A stretch of DNA of 63,720 nucleotides, the filler included, from Octopus bimaculoides (Eukaryota), in assembly GCF_001194135.2 (NCBI RefSeq). It is 7 parts of 5 records of this genome, joined end to end, with 100 filler letters (N's around TTAATTAATTAA, not from the genome) between each part and the next. Parts side by side here need not be neighbours in the genome. Positions count along the whole stretch, not along the records: positions 7,346 to 16,612 come from NW_026316885.1; positions 16,713 to 24,141 come from NC_068988.1; 5 more parts are not named here. One strand, 5' to 3'. The position numbers and the translations under genes were made by a program. Shown here piece after piece: positions 9,537 through 22,270 of the stretch (position 1 is its first letter; every line of letters starts with the position of its first letter). The notes under the pieces were generated by a model. The model saw nothing but the letters and a program-made list of their open reading frames with translations. It ran no database searches and was not told the DNA's origin.

Positions 9537-12500
9537 CTGGTGAAGTTGCAAAAAAGAAAAAAATAGGAGAAAAGAAAAATAAACAAAAGTCTGAAAAAAT
9601 TTATTCTATTTATATATTTTAAATGAGCATATTTAACTAAATAGCTACTTTCATTTTTACTATTATATTTTATATTTCGCTAATTGCTGTCAAATACCAT
9701 TATTTTTTTTAAAGATAGCACTACAAAGGCAGAAAACTTATTTTACAAAAAGCAAAATTCAAATTCAAGTGTTTTGAGAAAGAATTTTCCCAAAATATGT
9801 TTCTGCATTTTCACAATCATGACAGGTTATAGATTGACATGTTACCACAAATGTTACAGTATATATTAAATCATTCCTTATGGTAAACCCATTTCCCCGA
9901 TTTATATTTCCCAAAGAAAAAAGACAAGCAAAAAATAGTGTAAATGATAAATGCATGCTGTTAAACATTTTTCAGTTAGATTAAGTGAGATAAATCTAAG
10001 TATTTTAGGCAAAAACATATTTATTTCTTGATTGGCCTGTTGGAAAAATGAGCCCCATGAGGTGGAGTGGCTACTGCAGCAAGTGTCACTGGCCATTTTC
10101 AGCAGCAATGCCATGGTGTTCATTACAGCTGAGCACTCCTCTTGTTCTGGGACATGTGGCCCATCACTCCTTCATCTTCCATTGCTTTGCCCCTTGCTAT
10201 TTTTATCCAATATTTCTTTTCTTTTTTCATTTTTTTAAAGTCTATATTAGTAAATAAAGTGTTTTTCTCTCTCCCTCTCTTGGAGAAAGTAAGGGGAATT
10301 GTGGTGATGTAACCAACATCGTTATTGCTATAAAGGAGTTTTGATTCTTGTAAGAAGCCATTTTACTTTGTTTTGAATAAAGCAAATAAGTTTTCTGTAA
10401 CTTCATACATGGTTTTGACTGCCTTTGTAAACATTTATTCTGAAAATTCTGAGAACATTTGGTTTAGTAATTTTGTTATTCCAACTTCATATATCATCTC
10501 ATGTAATGGATTTTTTCAAATAGCATATACATTTTATTTTATTGGGTGTTTTGGATTTAATTTGGAGATATATTTCCTAAAATGTCAATTTCTAGCTACT
10601 AGAAAAATGATCAAGTATCTTAACTTATTTGACAACACATGGAAAAGGGATGCAAGCTAGTCTGAGTCTATCAAACTAACAAGCAGCAATGGAAATCCTT
10701 GGGAAACTTAAACTAAACAGTATATCATTCCATACTGGCTTAAATTCAGGTACAAATACTGTTTCTAAACTCCTGCTGTTTATGCAATAAGGTCCAGCTT
10801 TCAGATTGTTACAGTAGAACTGTTGATCCCAATTTCATTACAGTCTCAAAATCTGGGCACATTGATTACTCGGCAATGGTGTTTCTAGCATAGCTGGCTA
10901 CAACTTGTTTTACAAAGACCATTTTAATTGCCAAGTAGGTGCTGTGATGGTCCTTCAGCACATCCTCAATTCAATTTGGGCTGCATGCAAAGTGCAAGTT
11001 CCTCATAATTTGTTGGAAATCCAAAACCACAATTTGGGAGATTGCAGCAGTCTGCCTTACCAGAAAAAAAATAACAAGATGCTGAACAGGAATACAGATT
11101 ATATAGAACAGAAAATAGAAAATGGTACCAATGTGTGTCCAACCATTCAAACAGGTGATTAAAAGACAATACTTAAATTTGAACAATGTATAATAACTGA
11201 CAGGTAGTAAAGAGTTCTGGAAATCTGTACATTTGAAACAGAGGCCACATTATCTAGTTGACCCTCTACACAATTTCCACACAAGTGGGACTGATAGTCC
11301 CAAAGGATGAGAAGAGCTATTCTGGCATTTTTACTCTTGAAATCTAAGTGTAACATCTTCACTGCGACTGACACTCAATTCCCTATCTTTTTGAATTTAC
11401 TCTTGCAATGTTATGATGCTATCTCAAGCATATGCCCAACTATGCTTCCTCTGGTGTTGTAGGTGTTACTTATCTACTTCTCAAATATGGTAGCCTCTTT
11501 CTACTGCACTAGCTTTTACTCCTTTTCCAATTCTACCTTAATAACTGTATTACCTCAGAACAGTAGAAGATTGTCAGCATTATTCCCCTGCTCAAAAAGG
11601 GTGATCACACATCACCTGTCTGTTATTATCAAACCAGTCTCACTAGCTATGTCCCTAAGTTGAGGGAGCCCTGTGTGAGAGAAGCTGTCCAGAGATGTGC
11701 AGACAGATGAATTCTCTCTATCAGTCACTTACCATAGCTTGAACATCTTGCTTCTCTGCGCATCATTATACTGAAGCTTTGACACTTAGCAGCTGTCTTG
11801 GTAGGAGCCCACAAGACTATCCACCATCTTTTCAGCAACAACTTGGGCCACCTTTTTGGATGTAATATTTCTACCAGCTGTGGATTAATTTATAATCTAA
11901 AAACCAGCACAGCACCCATGACTTTTAGTAACATTTTTTTTGTACTCAGAATTGTTAAGTATGGAATAAACTACTCACAGTGGCTGTCTGCTGTCAGGAC
12001 ATTAGGATACTATCCTTCAAAAATTCCATGCTTCCTGATATTTGTCAAACTACTCTTGACACACCTATGCACCCCTTCCTTTTTATGCCTCTTTTACTAT
12101 TCATTTTGCTGTCCTTTTGTGTTTCATTCTGTTTACTACACACAGACTTTTGATTATTGTTGCTGTCTTTCTTTACTTAATGTTATTTTGTCTCCTCTTA
12201 TACTTTTCCTTACAATAAGTTGTTGTGCATCTGTATACTGTATGCCCATAATTATTATTACTAAATATTTGTTAATTGACGATGAAAATCTCATGCTCTG
12301 AAATATTTGATTTTAACTTTTAATATATTTTATTATCTTTAACATTATTTCCTATTGAACATGTAGATTGTCATTAAGCAACAATAAATAGAAACCCTTT
12401 TTAATACAGCAGTAATTAGCACTTCAAGTTAGCAATGTATTCATTTGGTATATCTCAGTATTTGTAGCTCTTGCATTCATTTCTTTACTAATCCTTAGCA

Positions 12501-12859
12501 TTTGTCATCAGCTTGGAAATATTTACAAGGTTACTAATGACAGTCGAAAATTTGAGTCATGGGTTTTACATGCTACACATTCAAAATGTAAGAAAAATGT
12601 GCTTTCTTTAAATTGCTGAAGTTTTGTTACTTTAACTGCAGATTGATTTTTGCTATTTTGTGGAAATATGTTATTTACTAACTATGTGTAGCTGCACTAG
12701 GTTTTATTGAGGTAAAATCTTCATCATTTCATGTTTCCCAGTTTCCAATTTCTGTTCCTTTTAGAAAATTATGTTATTTTGGTAGAGCTCAGTAATTTGA
12801 CTAGGCAGTGACCAAGACCTTTGGCATTATTTTGTGCTTGAGAAGAAGACCCATCAAGC

Positions 12860-13085
12860 CGAGCAAAATTGCAGTTTTGACAGGTACCCGTGTCACGCAA
12901 CTGGCATCCATACTGGTGGCACATAAAAGCACCCATTACACTCTTGGAGTGGTTGGCATTAGGAAGGACATCCAGCCATAGAAAACCATGCCAAATCAGG
13001 CTGGAGCCTGGCATAGCCTTCCAGTGTGACAGCCCAGTCAAACCATTCAACTCATGCCAGCATGGACAACAGACATTAAATGATG
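12860..13085 (+). mobile_element. RTE-tail-type SINE-like repeat (family R)
   Basis: taaaagcacc...ggttggcattaggaaggacatccagc...catgccagcatggacaacagacattaaatgatga, shared with 16040-16262 and 16713-17045. Confidence 0.7.
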
Positions 13086-14278
13086 AAGGTGATTTTATTT
13101 GGGCTTGAAGAAAGTATTTTCACACATATCAGCAATATTTTACTTTAGTTTATAACACTTTTTATATGTTCAGTTAAGGTGACTTGTATATGTTATTGGC
13201 TAAGGTAAGGTAATCCCAAAATGACTGCTGCTGCTGCTGGATATGCTCAGGTTTAATAGCCTTTATCAAGAATATCAATCAAGAGGTGAATGACATAAAT
13301 GTAAAAGCAAATATGACAAAATATGAGGTGTAGCTTTTCACTTTTTAAACCGCCCTATAAATTTAATGATAAAACATCTGTATGAATAGCCCTCCACCTT
13401 ATTGTTTGAAGTCTTGGTTTCAGAAATGAGGAATCACACATGTGCACCCATACACACACACACACTCTGTCTCTTTTTCTTTCTCTCTCTCTCATCATCA
13501 TCATCTGTCGATTGATAAATCTAAGCTAAAAAAATTATTATTTAGATTGAATTAGCCCCAAATCCTTAATGTATTTTGATAGTATTAATAGTGTCAGACA
13601 AAATGCTTTGTAGAATGTACTTTTAGCCCTTTTCATTCCAAGTTTAATTCTTGTTAAGGTTGACTTTGTACTTTGTCCTTCTGGATTCAATGAAACAAGG
13701 TACCAGTCAAATACTGAGTTGATTTATTAGATTATATCATATTTTAGGCATTGTGTTTATGGTTGAAATCAATATATTCGTAGCAGGATGATTTTTAAAG
13801 ATAACCTCTTAAGTGTATTGAACAAAATAAAGTGAATTATATGAATTTTTCTTCAGTATAACACAAATTCAAATATTGCTTTCAGATAGAATATGTCCCT
13901 AGAATAAGTCAATTTATATTACCTACTAATAATATTCACATATATTTCAAAATTCGTCTGCTATTCTTTAAAAGCATCGGCAATTTGCCTACAACTTGCC
14001 TAAAAATTACTTTCAAATACTTTTACCAAATCGTTTTCAATTATCTCTTATCCAGTACTACCAAGAAGTGGTTAGAAGAAAAGATACATAATAACTCTAA
14101 ATTATAGGAATCTTTGCAAATGACTGTGACAAAGTCTCTTTCAGATTCAAACTTAAGAAACAAATTAAAAACATTTCTCTTTCTGATACAAAATACTATG
14201 TTCCAAAGCTAATTTTCTTATGCTTTGAATAGGTGACACTTTCTTTGACAATATTTTTGGACACTATACCAGTATTGA

Positions 14279-14645
<367 letters not shown>

Positions 14646-15004
14646 AAATATATAAATATAGTGCGTAACTTATGTATGTAACATGAAATTAATGGTGTTA
14701 GTTTACCATAACTTTTGTAACAGTGATTTGACTTCTCTTTTTCTCAATTAAAATTGTTATACACTCTGTAAGATTATAACATACCTAGTTGATACACATG
14801 CTCTTCTAATAACTGACTGAAATATAGCCAATCATTCTTTGATTAATGAAAAAGTGTACCCTTCACACAGCTATTAAAAGTCTTTGCTAGATAGGTCCTT
14901 CATGAAGTGATACTGAGATCATTGCCTGGATTTCATTGTCCTTTGCTTTACACAGGCACACATGCATGCACACACACACACATGTATGTAAATGTATCTT
15001 TACA

Positions 15005-15150
15005 TGCATCATCATCATCAATAAACATTCCTTTTCCATGCTGACAGGTGTTGGGTAGTTTGACAGCGGCTGACAAGTCAGAGGGCTATGCCATGTTCCA
15101 ATGAGGGCTTTGGCATAGCCTCTGCTGGTGGATGTCCTTCATAATATAAA
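15005..15150 (-). mobile_element. Family R 3' tail remnant
   Basis: catcatcatcatcaataaacattccttttccatgctgacagg is the reverse complement of the family R tail. Confidence 0.45.
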
Positions 15151-15404
15151 CCTCTTTATAGAGTATACTGGGTGATTTTTTTTCTTGTTTTTTTTTTTGT
15201 TTTTTTTTGTGGCTTAAGCAATGGTGAAATCCCCAAGTACATGTAACACAAGACTTTTCAACTGAGCTGGGTAGATATTGAGGGGTGCAAAATTATGAGG
15301 GATTCTGTCTTGCTGAAGAAGTGAATACATGATGTACATATAAAAATATATATACATGTACATAAGCACATATATTTTATATATATATATATATATGCAT
15401 TCTC

Positions 15405-15530
15405 TTCCTGGGATGACACATTGAAGGCTGATCTCAAGACACTGAGCCTTATGAAGGAGATGACAAAGGATATCTGGTATTTTGAGATACTCAAGAAGAT
15501 TTGTCCACCACCGCAGAACTGATAACCTAA
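15405..15530 (+). mobile_element. RTE-like LINE ORF C-terminal fragment
   Basis: Translates WDDTLKADLKTLSLMKEMTKDIWYFEILKK, resembling the RTE end motif (W...VK.DL..L.L...MT.DR..W). Confidence 0.45.
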
Positions 15531-15559
15531 AACCAACTTGGTAATGCTTGTCTGTGAGG

Positions 15560-15900
15560 GCTCTTCCACACCCCCGCCTTCATCCTCTCTGCTCCATAAA
15601 CCTTTTCTTCTTGTATTTCATCCCATAACAACCATCTCCTCTCTATCACCTGAGAGCAGAATAGGCATATACTACATCCCCCTCCACTGCTTTCTTGGTT
15701 GCCTCTCTTCCCCCACCTCAAACTACTTCCCTCATTTGTTACAGTCATTTCAGTCCTGCCTACTCACCCAGTCCAAATATCCATATCACCTCACCTATTC
15801 CCATCACCCCAATGTCACTGGAAGGCATGTCCCAACACATCTTTACCATCATCTCTCCCACTGTTGCTCTCTTTATCTTACTCTCTGACTCATTCTTCCA
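15560..15900 (-). mobile_element. Degenerate RTE-like LINE C-terminal fragment
   Basis: YLDWVSRQD...FEVGEERQPRKQW resembles LRWFGHV.R...EV.G.R.RGRPRK.W; many stops. Confidence 0.35.
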
Positions 15901-16039
15901 ACTGGGGTATGCATGTGTCTACTCTACAAGACACCTATCTCTCTACTGCTATACCTTTAATCTCTCAAATGGCATGAAGCCAGACCCCACTGATTATTAC
16001 TACCTCCTCCCAGTTGAGGGGATTTTGTTTTGCAAGGTA

Positions 16040-16262
16040 CTTGGTGATCTTGTCAGTGCAGGTATCACATGAAAAAACACCAGTGCTGGTGCCATGTAAA
16101 AAGCACCCCGCACACTCTGCAAAGTGATTGACTTTAGGAAGAGCATCAAGCTGTAGAAATCATGCCAAAACAGACAACGGAACCTGGTACATCTCTTGGC
16201 CTTGCCAACTCCTGTTAAACCATCTAACCCAGTATGGAAAAACAGATGTTAAATGATAATGA
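16040..16262 (+). mobile_element. Family R SINE-like repeat
   Basis: gtaaaaagcacc...ctgtagaaatcatgcc...taacccagtatggaaaacagatgttaaatgataatgat. Confidence 0.65.
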
Positions 16263-16612
16263 TTTATATATAGATACAAGCATACACACATATATCTGTA
16301 CATACATATACATGTATTTTTATACACAAACATGCATATATACACATGCCTACATAAACGTGTATATATACATAGGTACATAGAAATACATATATTTTTA
16401 CACATATATATGGCTTCTAGGAAGTCATAGGATGTTGCACAAGCACTCAGCTTTGAGTGTGTTACTTATAAAAGAAAGAGCTGTAAGCTAATGGCTTTTA
16501 CATAGCTCCTATTCTTTTCTCATTCATTAAATGATATATATATATTTATTAAGGCAGTATTTCAGCATGGCCACAGTCAAATGACTAAAACAAGTAAAAG
16601 AATATATATATA

Positions 16613-16712
16613 NNNNNNNNNNNNNNNNNNNNNNNNNNNNNNNNNNNNNNNNNNNNTTAATTAATTAANNNNNNNNNNNNNNNNNNNNNNNNNNNNNNNN
16701 NNNNNNNNNNNN
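16613..16712. other. Artificial 100-bp scaffolding linker
   Basis: N44-TTAATTAATTAA(16657-16668)-N44. Confidence 0.95.
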
Positions 16713-17045
16713 GCCGTTGCCAGTACCGCATGACTGGCCTCCGTAGGATTTTCGAGCGAGATCGTTGCCAGTGCCCCTGGACTGGCTTGTGTGGGTGGCA
16801 CATAAAAGACACCATTTCGAGCGTGGCCGTTGCCAGTATCGCCTGACTGGCCTTCGTGCAGGTGACACGTAAAAGCACCTACTACACTCTCTGAGTGGTT
16901 GGCGTTAGGAAGGGCATCCAGCTGTAGAAACTCTGCCAAATTTAGATTGGAGCCTGGTGTTGCCATCCGGTTTCACCAGTCCTCAGTCAAATCGTCCAAC
17001 CCATGCTAGCATGGAAAGCGGACGTTAAACGATGATGATGATGAT
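16713..17045 (+). mobile_element. Family R SINE-like repeat, least diverged copy
   Basis: ggttggcgttaggaagggcatccagctgtagaaac...catgctagcatggaaagcggacgttaaacgatgatgatgatga; internal repeated gccgttgccagta..gactggcc unit. Confidence 0.8.
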
Positions 17046-17325
17046 ATATATGAAAGAGAGATCTATATAAAAAATCAGATTACAAACATTCATGGAAATT
17101 ATTTTCAGAAAGTGTGTACACACACAATATATTCCAGCCTACGAGTTGAAATTTTCAGACCGAAACTTTTGGTTGATTTATACACCAAGATGACTTTATA
17201 GGACCAAAAATTCCACGTAACATTCAGTAGGATTTCGGAAGATAGTGACAATATATTTGGATGTTTACACTACATTTACACTTTACTCTATGCCGACTTG
17301 TATACTGGACAATACAGTGTGAGCA

Positions 17326-17945
17326 TGTATATATTACACACAAGAAAAGTAGGAACATTCTTTTCAACAGTTCATTGGCATTGGACAGATATAGCAAGAG
17401 AAAATCTGGTTCTTAAAGTTCTCTTAATGCTGCAAAGAACCAAATTGCTTCAATCAACTATGGCAAGGAACTGCAGAGGAAACCAGCCAGAGATCTTATC
17501 ACCCTTGTGTGTTCACAACAGCAAAACCATTTCAAGAAGTTTCCTATGAATAATGAAAAGAACTGCTGTTGGGAAGTGGCTACAGATTTTCAAGAGTACC
17601 AAAGATTTTCTCCCATTCCAGTTACAAAGAAACCAGATATTATATGGTGTGAAGAAAAGGTGGTAAATCTGGTCAAGTTGCCAATTACCCATCAAGATAA
17701 CATGGATGTCACTCAGACTTAAAGATCAAGTGTTATGAACATCTCTTTGAGGAATGTGAAGATGTAGGCTGGAAAGCAAAACATTATCCAATTAAAGTTG
17801 GAAGCAGTATGAGGTATCGTTGTTGCTGTTAGGCCTAACTCAAAGTAAAGCAAATACCATCTTGAGCAATATCCAAGCTACAATGGAGAAGGCAAGCTAC
17901 TGGATTTCATTAAAAAGAGATGAACAATGGCTAGAAGAATACTGA
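17326..17945 (+). pseudogene. Restriction-like endonuclease domain of an RLE-type (Hero-like) non-LTR retrotransposon
   Basis: NIL..SSLALDRY/NLVLKVL; TKKPDIIW..KVVNL; GWKAKHYPIKVG; MEKASYWISLKRDEQW*, matching the Hero-type pattern RY.WRHN.VL...RPDIV.W...GW....PIEVG...AS.WIWLKR. Confidence 0.72.
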
Positions 17946-19294
17946 AGGAAGCCTAGTAACCAGTTATCTAGCAAGAGAGGGCCTCATCTCAGTGATGAAG
18001 TGCCAGTGCGCAATAATGCCACCAAGAAGGCCCCGGACAGCACACATTCTCTCCTGATGACCCCATAAGCCTGCAAGTATTTGAAATGCGTTTTCAACTG
18101 GTAGCACTGGAAGTTGTTTGCAAATACATATACACTACTCACCTACACAGGCCAACTATGCACTCTTCTGCATTTAAAAACCACTTTTTTTTTCCTCTCC
18201 AACTTCCAGTCAATAATTTTTGTGTCCATGTATCTACCCACAAGGTTTTCTCCTGGCTAACCATTCCTCTCATCTTCCTCCCTTTCTTCCACTACCCACC
18301 AAAGAGCCATGCTCAAAATGACATTTTTACTTTTAATTTTTCCTTCTAAAACTTTCTTGTTTTTGTATTTGCCGCTCACCAATTCACCTCTCTCACACAC
18401 ACACTTTCAGCAACTTTTGTTGGCTTGCTAGGGTATTTTAATTATAAATTATAAAACTAAGTCTCCATAACTCAGAATTTATTTCCACTGAAATTCCATG
18501 GATTCCTACACTTTTTTTTTTTGTTGTATATAACTGTATAAAATTACTAGGACTAAACCTCTTTGCCATACTGTTCATTATCCCTGATGACTTTTTATTC
18601 AGTGTTTACTATCCTTAACTTTTTACTCAGAGCAGTTTTGGGTTTTTCCAACTCAGAATAAAATTCAAACCTTTATTAAATTAAAAATTCATTATTAATT
18701 TTTTTTGTTTTTTGTTTTGCAATCAGGGTTTATATTATTCACAGCAATTTCTTTTAATTTGACTAAAGTTTAGACAATGAGATCAGTAGATAGAATAACA
18801 AACTTTAGTAATGACTAAAATTCCACATGACCACTGAGTTCTGAAGAAAAAAAAGAAAAGTTTTAAGTGATCATGTGAATATTTAGTGAGTTAATTAGAA
18901 ATCAGTTTTGTGTTCTTTCATCACATGTTGAAAGTGTACTAGGAAAGAGCCACATCTGTCCATGTTTCGGTAAAGTGAATGCTATTCTTTGTTATTTGTT
19001 TTGGAAGTTTTATCAATTTTTGATCATGCATTATATACAAAAAACATCTTTATTTTCAATTTATGCAAACATAAAGAGACAATTTTTAGACAGGGAACCA
19101 TAAACGCACAAGAAATGAGAGTATACAGCTTTTATTCAAATATATATATGATAACTATTTGCAATAATGCGAGCAAGTGAGTGAACCACTACAGTAAGAA
19201 GTATTTGTCACTGTGAAAAATGTGCATTTTTCACAGTAACAGATTCAGAATCAATACAAATAAATGTGTGTATGTAATTCACATAGCTCTTTAA

Positions 19295-19502
19295 CCCTTT
19301 AGCATTTAAACTAATCATATTCAGCACAAATATTGTTTCATATTTAACCAGCCAGATCTGGATTCGCACACCTAATCTTCAATGTCATTCTAAAAGTAAA
19401 CTATGATCAAAATCTCGAATTTACAAGATAATGCATCATTAATTAAAAACAATGTGAATGAATAAGTATAACGTTTGGCAGAAAAATCTGAATGCCAAAG
19501 GG
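19295..19502. mobile_element. piggyBac-type MITE (208 bp)
   Basis: TTAA|CCCTTTAGCATT ... AATGCCAAAGGG|TTAA: TTAA duplications at 19291-19294 and 19503-19506. Confidence 0.8.
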
Positions 19503-19750
19503 TTAAAATATATACACGCAAGAAATATGGCTGACAATAGAAAGACAAAACTTAATGAAAAATTTCCCCAGTGCAGTGCACTTGAACTAAGACTCAAGAT
19601 GTTTTTGCCAGAGCAGAAAAAGAAATTGTTTCTATTTCTAAAACTGAGTGATTACCTTTTTTTTCCTTCACTATCTCCCTGATTTAGAACAAAGACAAAT
19701 GGCTAGTTTATTGACAGCCTACTGTTCTGTTATTCCATACTTTATATGTA

Positions 19751-20130
19751 TTGTTGTTGTTGGCACTCCGTTGCTTACGACGTCGAGGGTTCCAGTTGAT
19801 CCGATCAACGGAACAGCCTGCTCGTGAAACTAACGTGCAAATGGCTGAGCACTCCACAGACACGTGTACCCTTAACATAGTTCTTGGGGATACTCAGCGT
19901 GACACAGTGTGACAAGGCTGACCCTTTGAATTGCAGGCAAGACAGAAACAGGAAATAAGAGTGAGAGAAAATTGTGGTGAAAGAGTACGTCACCATCCCT
20001 TGCCGGAGCCTCGTGGAACTTTAGGTGTTTTCGCTCAATAAACGCTCACAATGCCCGGTCTGGGAATCTAAACCGTGATCCTATGACCGCAAGTCCGCTG
20101 CCCTAATCACTGGGCCATTGCACCTCCACT
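19751..20130 (-). mobile_element. tRNA-derived SINE (family O), full length
   Basis: Minus-strand head ggaggtgcaatggcccagtgattagggcagcggacttgcggtc...gattcccagaccggg (A/B boxes); 3' end gacggagtgcc(aac)n. Confidence 0.9.
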
Positions 20131-21080
20131 TTATATGTATAACAGAGAAGCAAATCTTGTCCACAAATAATGTATGAGTAACAAATATTAGACATTAATA
20201 TGCTTTGTATCACATACTTATAATTGTACTTTTGAGTGGAAAAACAAATTTTGCAAAAAGTTTCCCTTCTTTACTTGTAAAAATGGATGGTCATTAAATT
20301 GCTTACACACATGTGCATGTGTGTCTGGTACAAACAAGTGATGCATATGAAGAATAGCTGGAAAAGCAACAAGTGTTACAGAATACCCAAGAAGTGTAGG
20401 AAGAAGTAGAGGCTGACCTTAGGATGTTGAAATTCACAAGCATGACATAAGACCACAGAGGGATGTTATACTATAGAACATCTGACTAACCTTCAGAAAC
20501 AAAGAGAACCAGATGTTCAATTATGATACAATGGAGGAGAAATGGCAGAGTCAATCAAGTGGTGTACTAAATACCTTGTCATGTTTAGTAATATCCCTTT
20601 ATAATCTGAAATCAAACCCATCCAGGCCCACTTAACTTTTCATCCACCAAAGTCAATAGTACCAGGGTTAAAGCAACAGATTACAACCTAAAAGAGGTGA
20701 TACTATAGCATAGCCACAGAACCTACATAAAACAGCAGCCATATCTCCCTCAAATTACACTTTACTATCTTTAATCAGATTAAAGACCTGGTCCGAACGC
20801 ATGTAATACAAGGATCAGATGGTGGTAATAAACCAGGTAACATTAAATCTATCCACAGGACAGTTTAACAAATTTTACTAAATGTTTGAAATAAAATTAA
20901 TCATTTTGCGTGTATAACTCCAATAAGAACTATCTTGAGCTCTGTCAAACTGTCCAACTCGTGCTGGCATGGCAGACAAACTGACCCACCCCATTATCGT
21001 TGTCCTTTCTGGCAGTATTACTTTCGCTTTCCTTCTTTCTATTATTCCCATTCCAACACTGGTGTTGTCCTGTCATTGAA

Positions 21081-21176
21081 AAACCACAAAGCTACAAGAT
21101 AATGCAAGATTAATTCAAAACAACGAGAATAAATAAGCATAGCATTTGACGGAATAATCTGAATGCTAAAGGTTTT
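21081..21176. mobile_element. Partial copy of the piggyBac-type MITE
   Basis: ctacaagataatgca..attaatt..aaac...aatctgaatgctaaagg matches 19410-19502. Confidence 0.5.
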
Positions 21177-21300
21177 CCATTAAGCTGGTGTTTGGAATAA
21201 ATTAAAATTGACTTTTGATGAAAGGTTATAATTTAGATCTCTTTAAAAGAGGAAGAATCATAGAATGAAAGATGGATTCAGGCAGGCTAGTACCAGGAGG

Positions 21301-21662
21301 GTGGAGGCGCAATGGCAGAGTGGTTAGGGCAGCGGACTCGGGGTTTTGAGTGTTTATTGAGCGAAAACACCTAAAAAAAAAAAAAAAAGCTCCACGAGGC
21401 TCCGGCAGGGGATGGTGGTGAACCCTGCTGTACTGTTTCACCACAACTTTCTCTCACCCTTACTTCCTGTTTCTGTTGTGCCTGTAATTCAAAGGGTCAG
21501 CCTTGTCACACACTGTGTCACGCTGAATATCCCCGAGAACTACGTTAAGGGTACACGTGTCTGTGGAGTGCTCAGTCACTTGCACGTTAATTTCACGAGC
21601 AGGCTGTTCTGTTGATCGGATCAGCTAGAACCCTTGACATTGTAAGCGACGGAGTGCCAACA
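21301..21662 (+). mobile_element. tRNA-derived SINE (family O), B-box region deleted
   Basis: Reverse-complement match to 19751-20130 over ~300 bp. Confidence 0.9.
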
Positions 21663-22011
21663 GACAGTATTAGGAGTAACTGTAAAGAGGAGTGTAAAAA
21701 CTTTCCCACATTTTTCCTAAAAAAAACCCAAAAAAACAACACAAGGCCTCTTGAAATTTATTTTCCACCAATTCAAGCAAATATCAGAAACACAAAATTG
21801 GTGTCAAGATTTATAAAGTAAAAGTTAATGAATATGCAAATAAGGATCACAAACAGCTTTATTCTGATGTATATAGCATGTTTAAATAAATATGTTTGAA
21901 ATCTTTAATTTCCTATTCAAAAACAAGGACCTTTTATTTTATTTTATTTTCTATTTTTGAAATATTTCCAATGGCTTAAAATATTTAATAATCAAATGTA
22001 ATTATTATTAG

Positions 22012-22175
22012 TTTCAAATTTTGGCACATGACCTGCAATTCTAAGGATGAGGCTAAGTTGACTCCAGCCAGTACTTCACTGTTATTTTATGAAGTCTGAA
22101 AGAGTGAAGAGGAGGAGGAAAAGGAATGGACCCCCCCCCCCATCAGAACAAAGCCAGAAATGCTATTAAGCATTT
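22012..22175 (-). mobile_element. Diverged family A SINE
   Basis: ttcaaattttggcaca...gtacttcactgttattttat...ccagaaatgctattaagcattt. Confidence 0.45.
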
Positions 22176-22270
22176 CATTTGACTCACTCACAATTCTGCC
22201 AGATCACTGCTTTAATCAAATCAATTTCATGGAAAAATGCGAGCAAGAGAAATAATATTAAGATTATAAA

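Noticed and set aside
11400-12110. Faint Ty3/Gypsy integrase-like traces on the minus strand (TSKKVAQVVAEK, GLLPRQLLS, PTTPEEA)
   Set aside because: Needs many frameshifts and has no intact catalytic motif; an HMM search against rve would be needed.
19751-20130. tRNA gene calls for SINE heads (A/B boxes), here and elsewhere
   Set aside because: No complete cloverleaf; the heads continue into shared SINE bodies.
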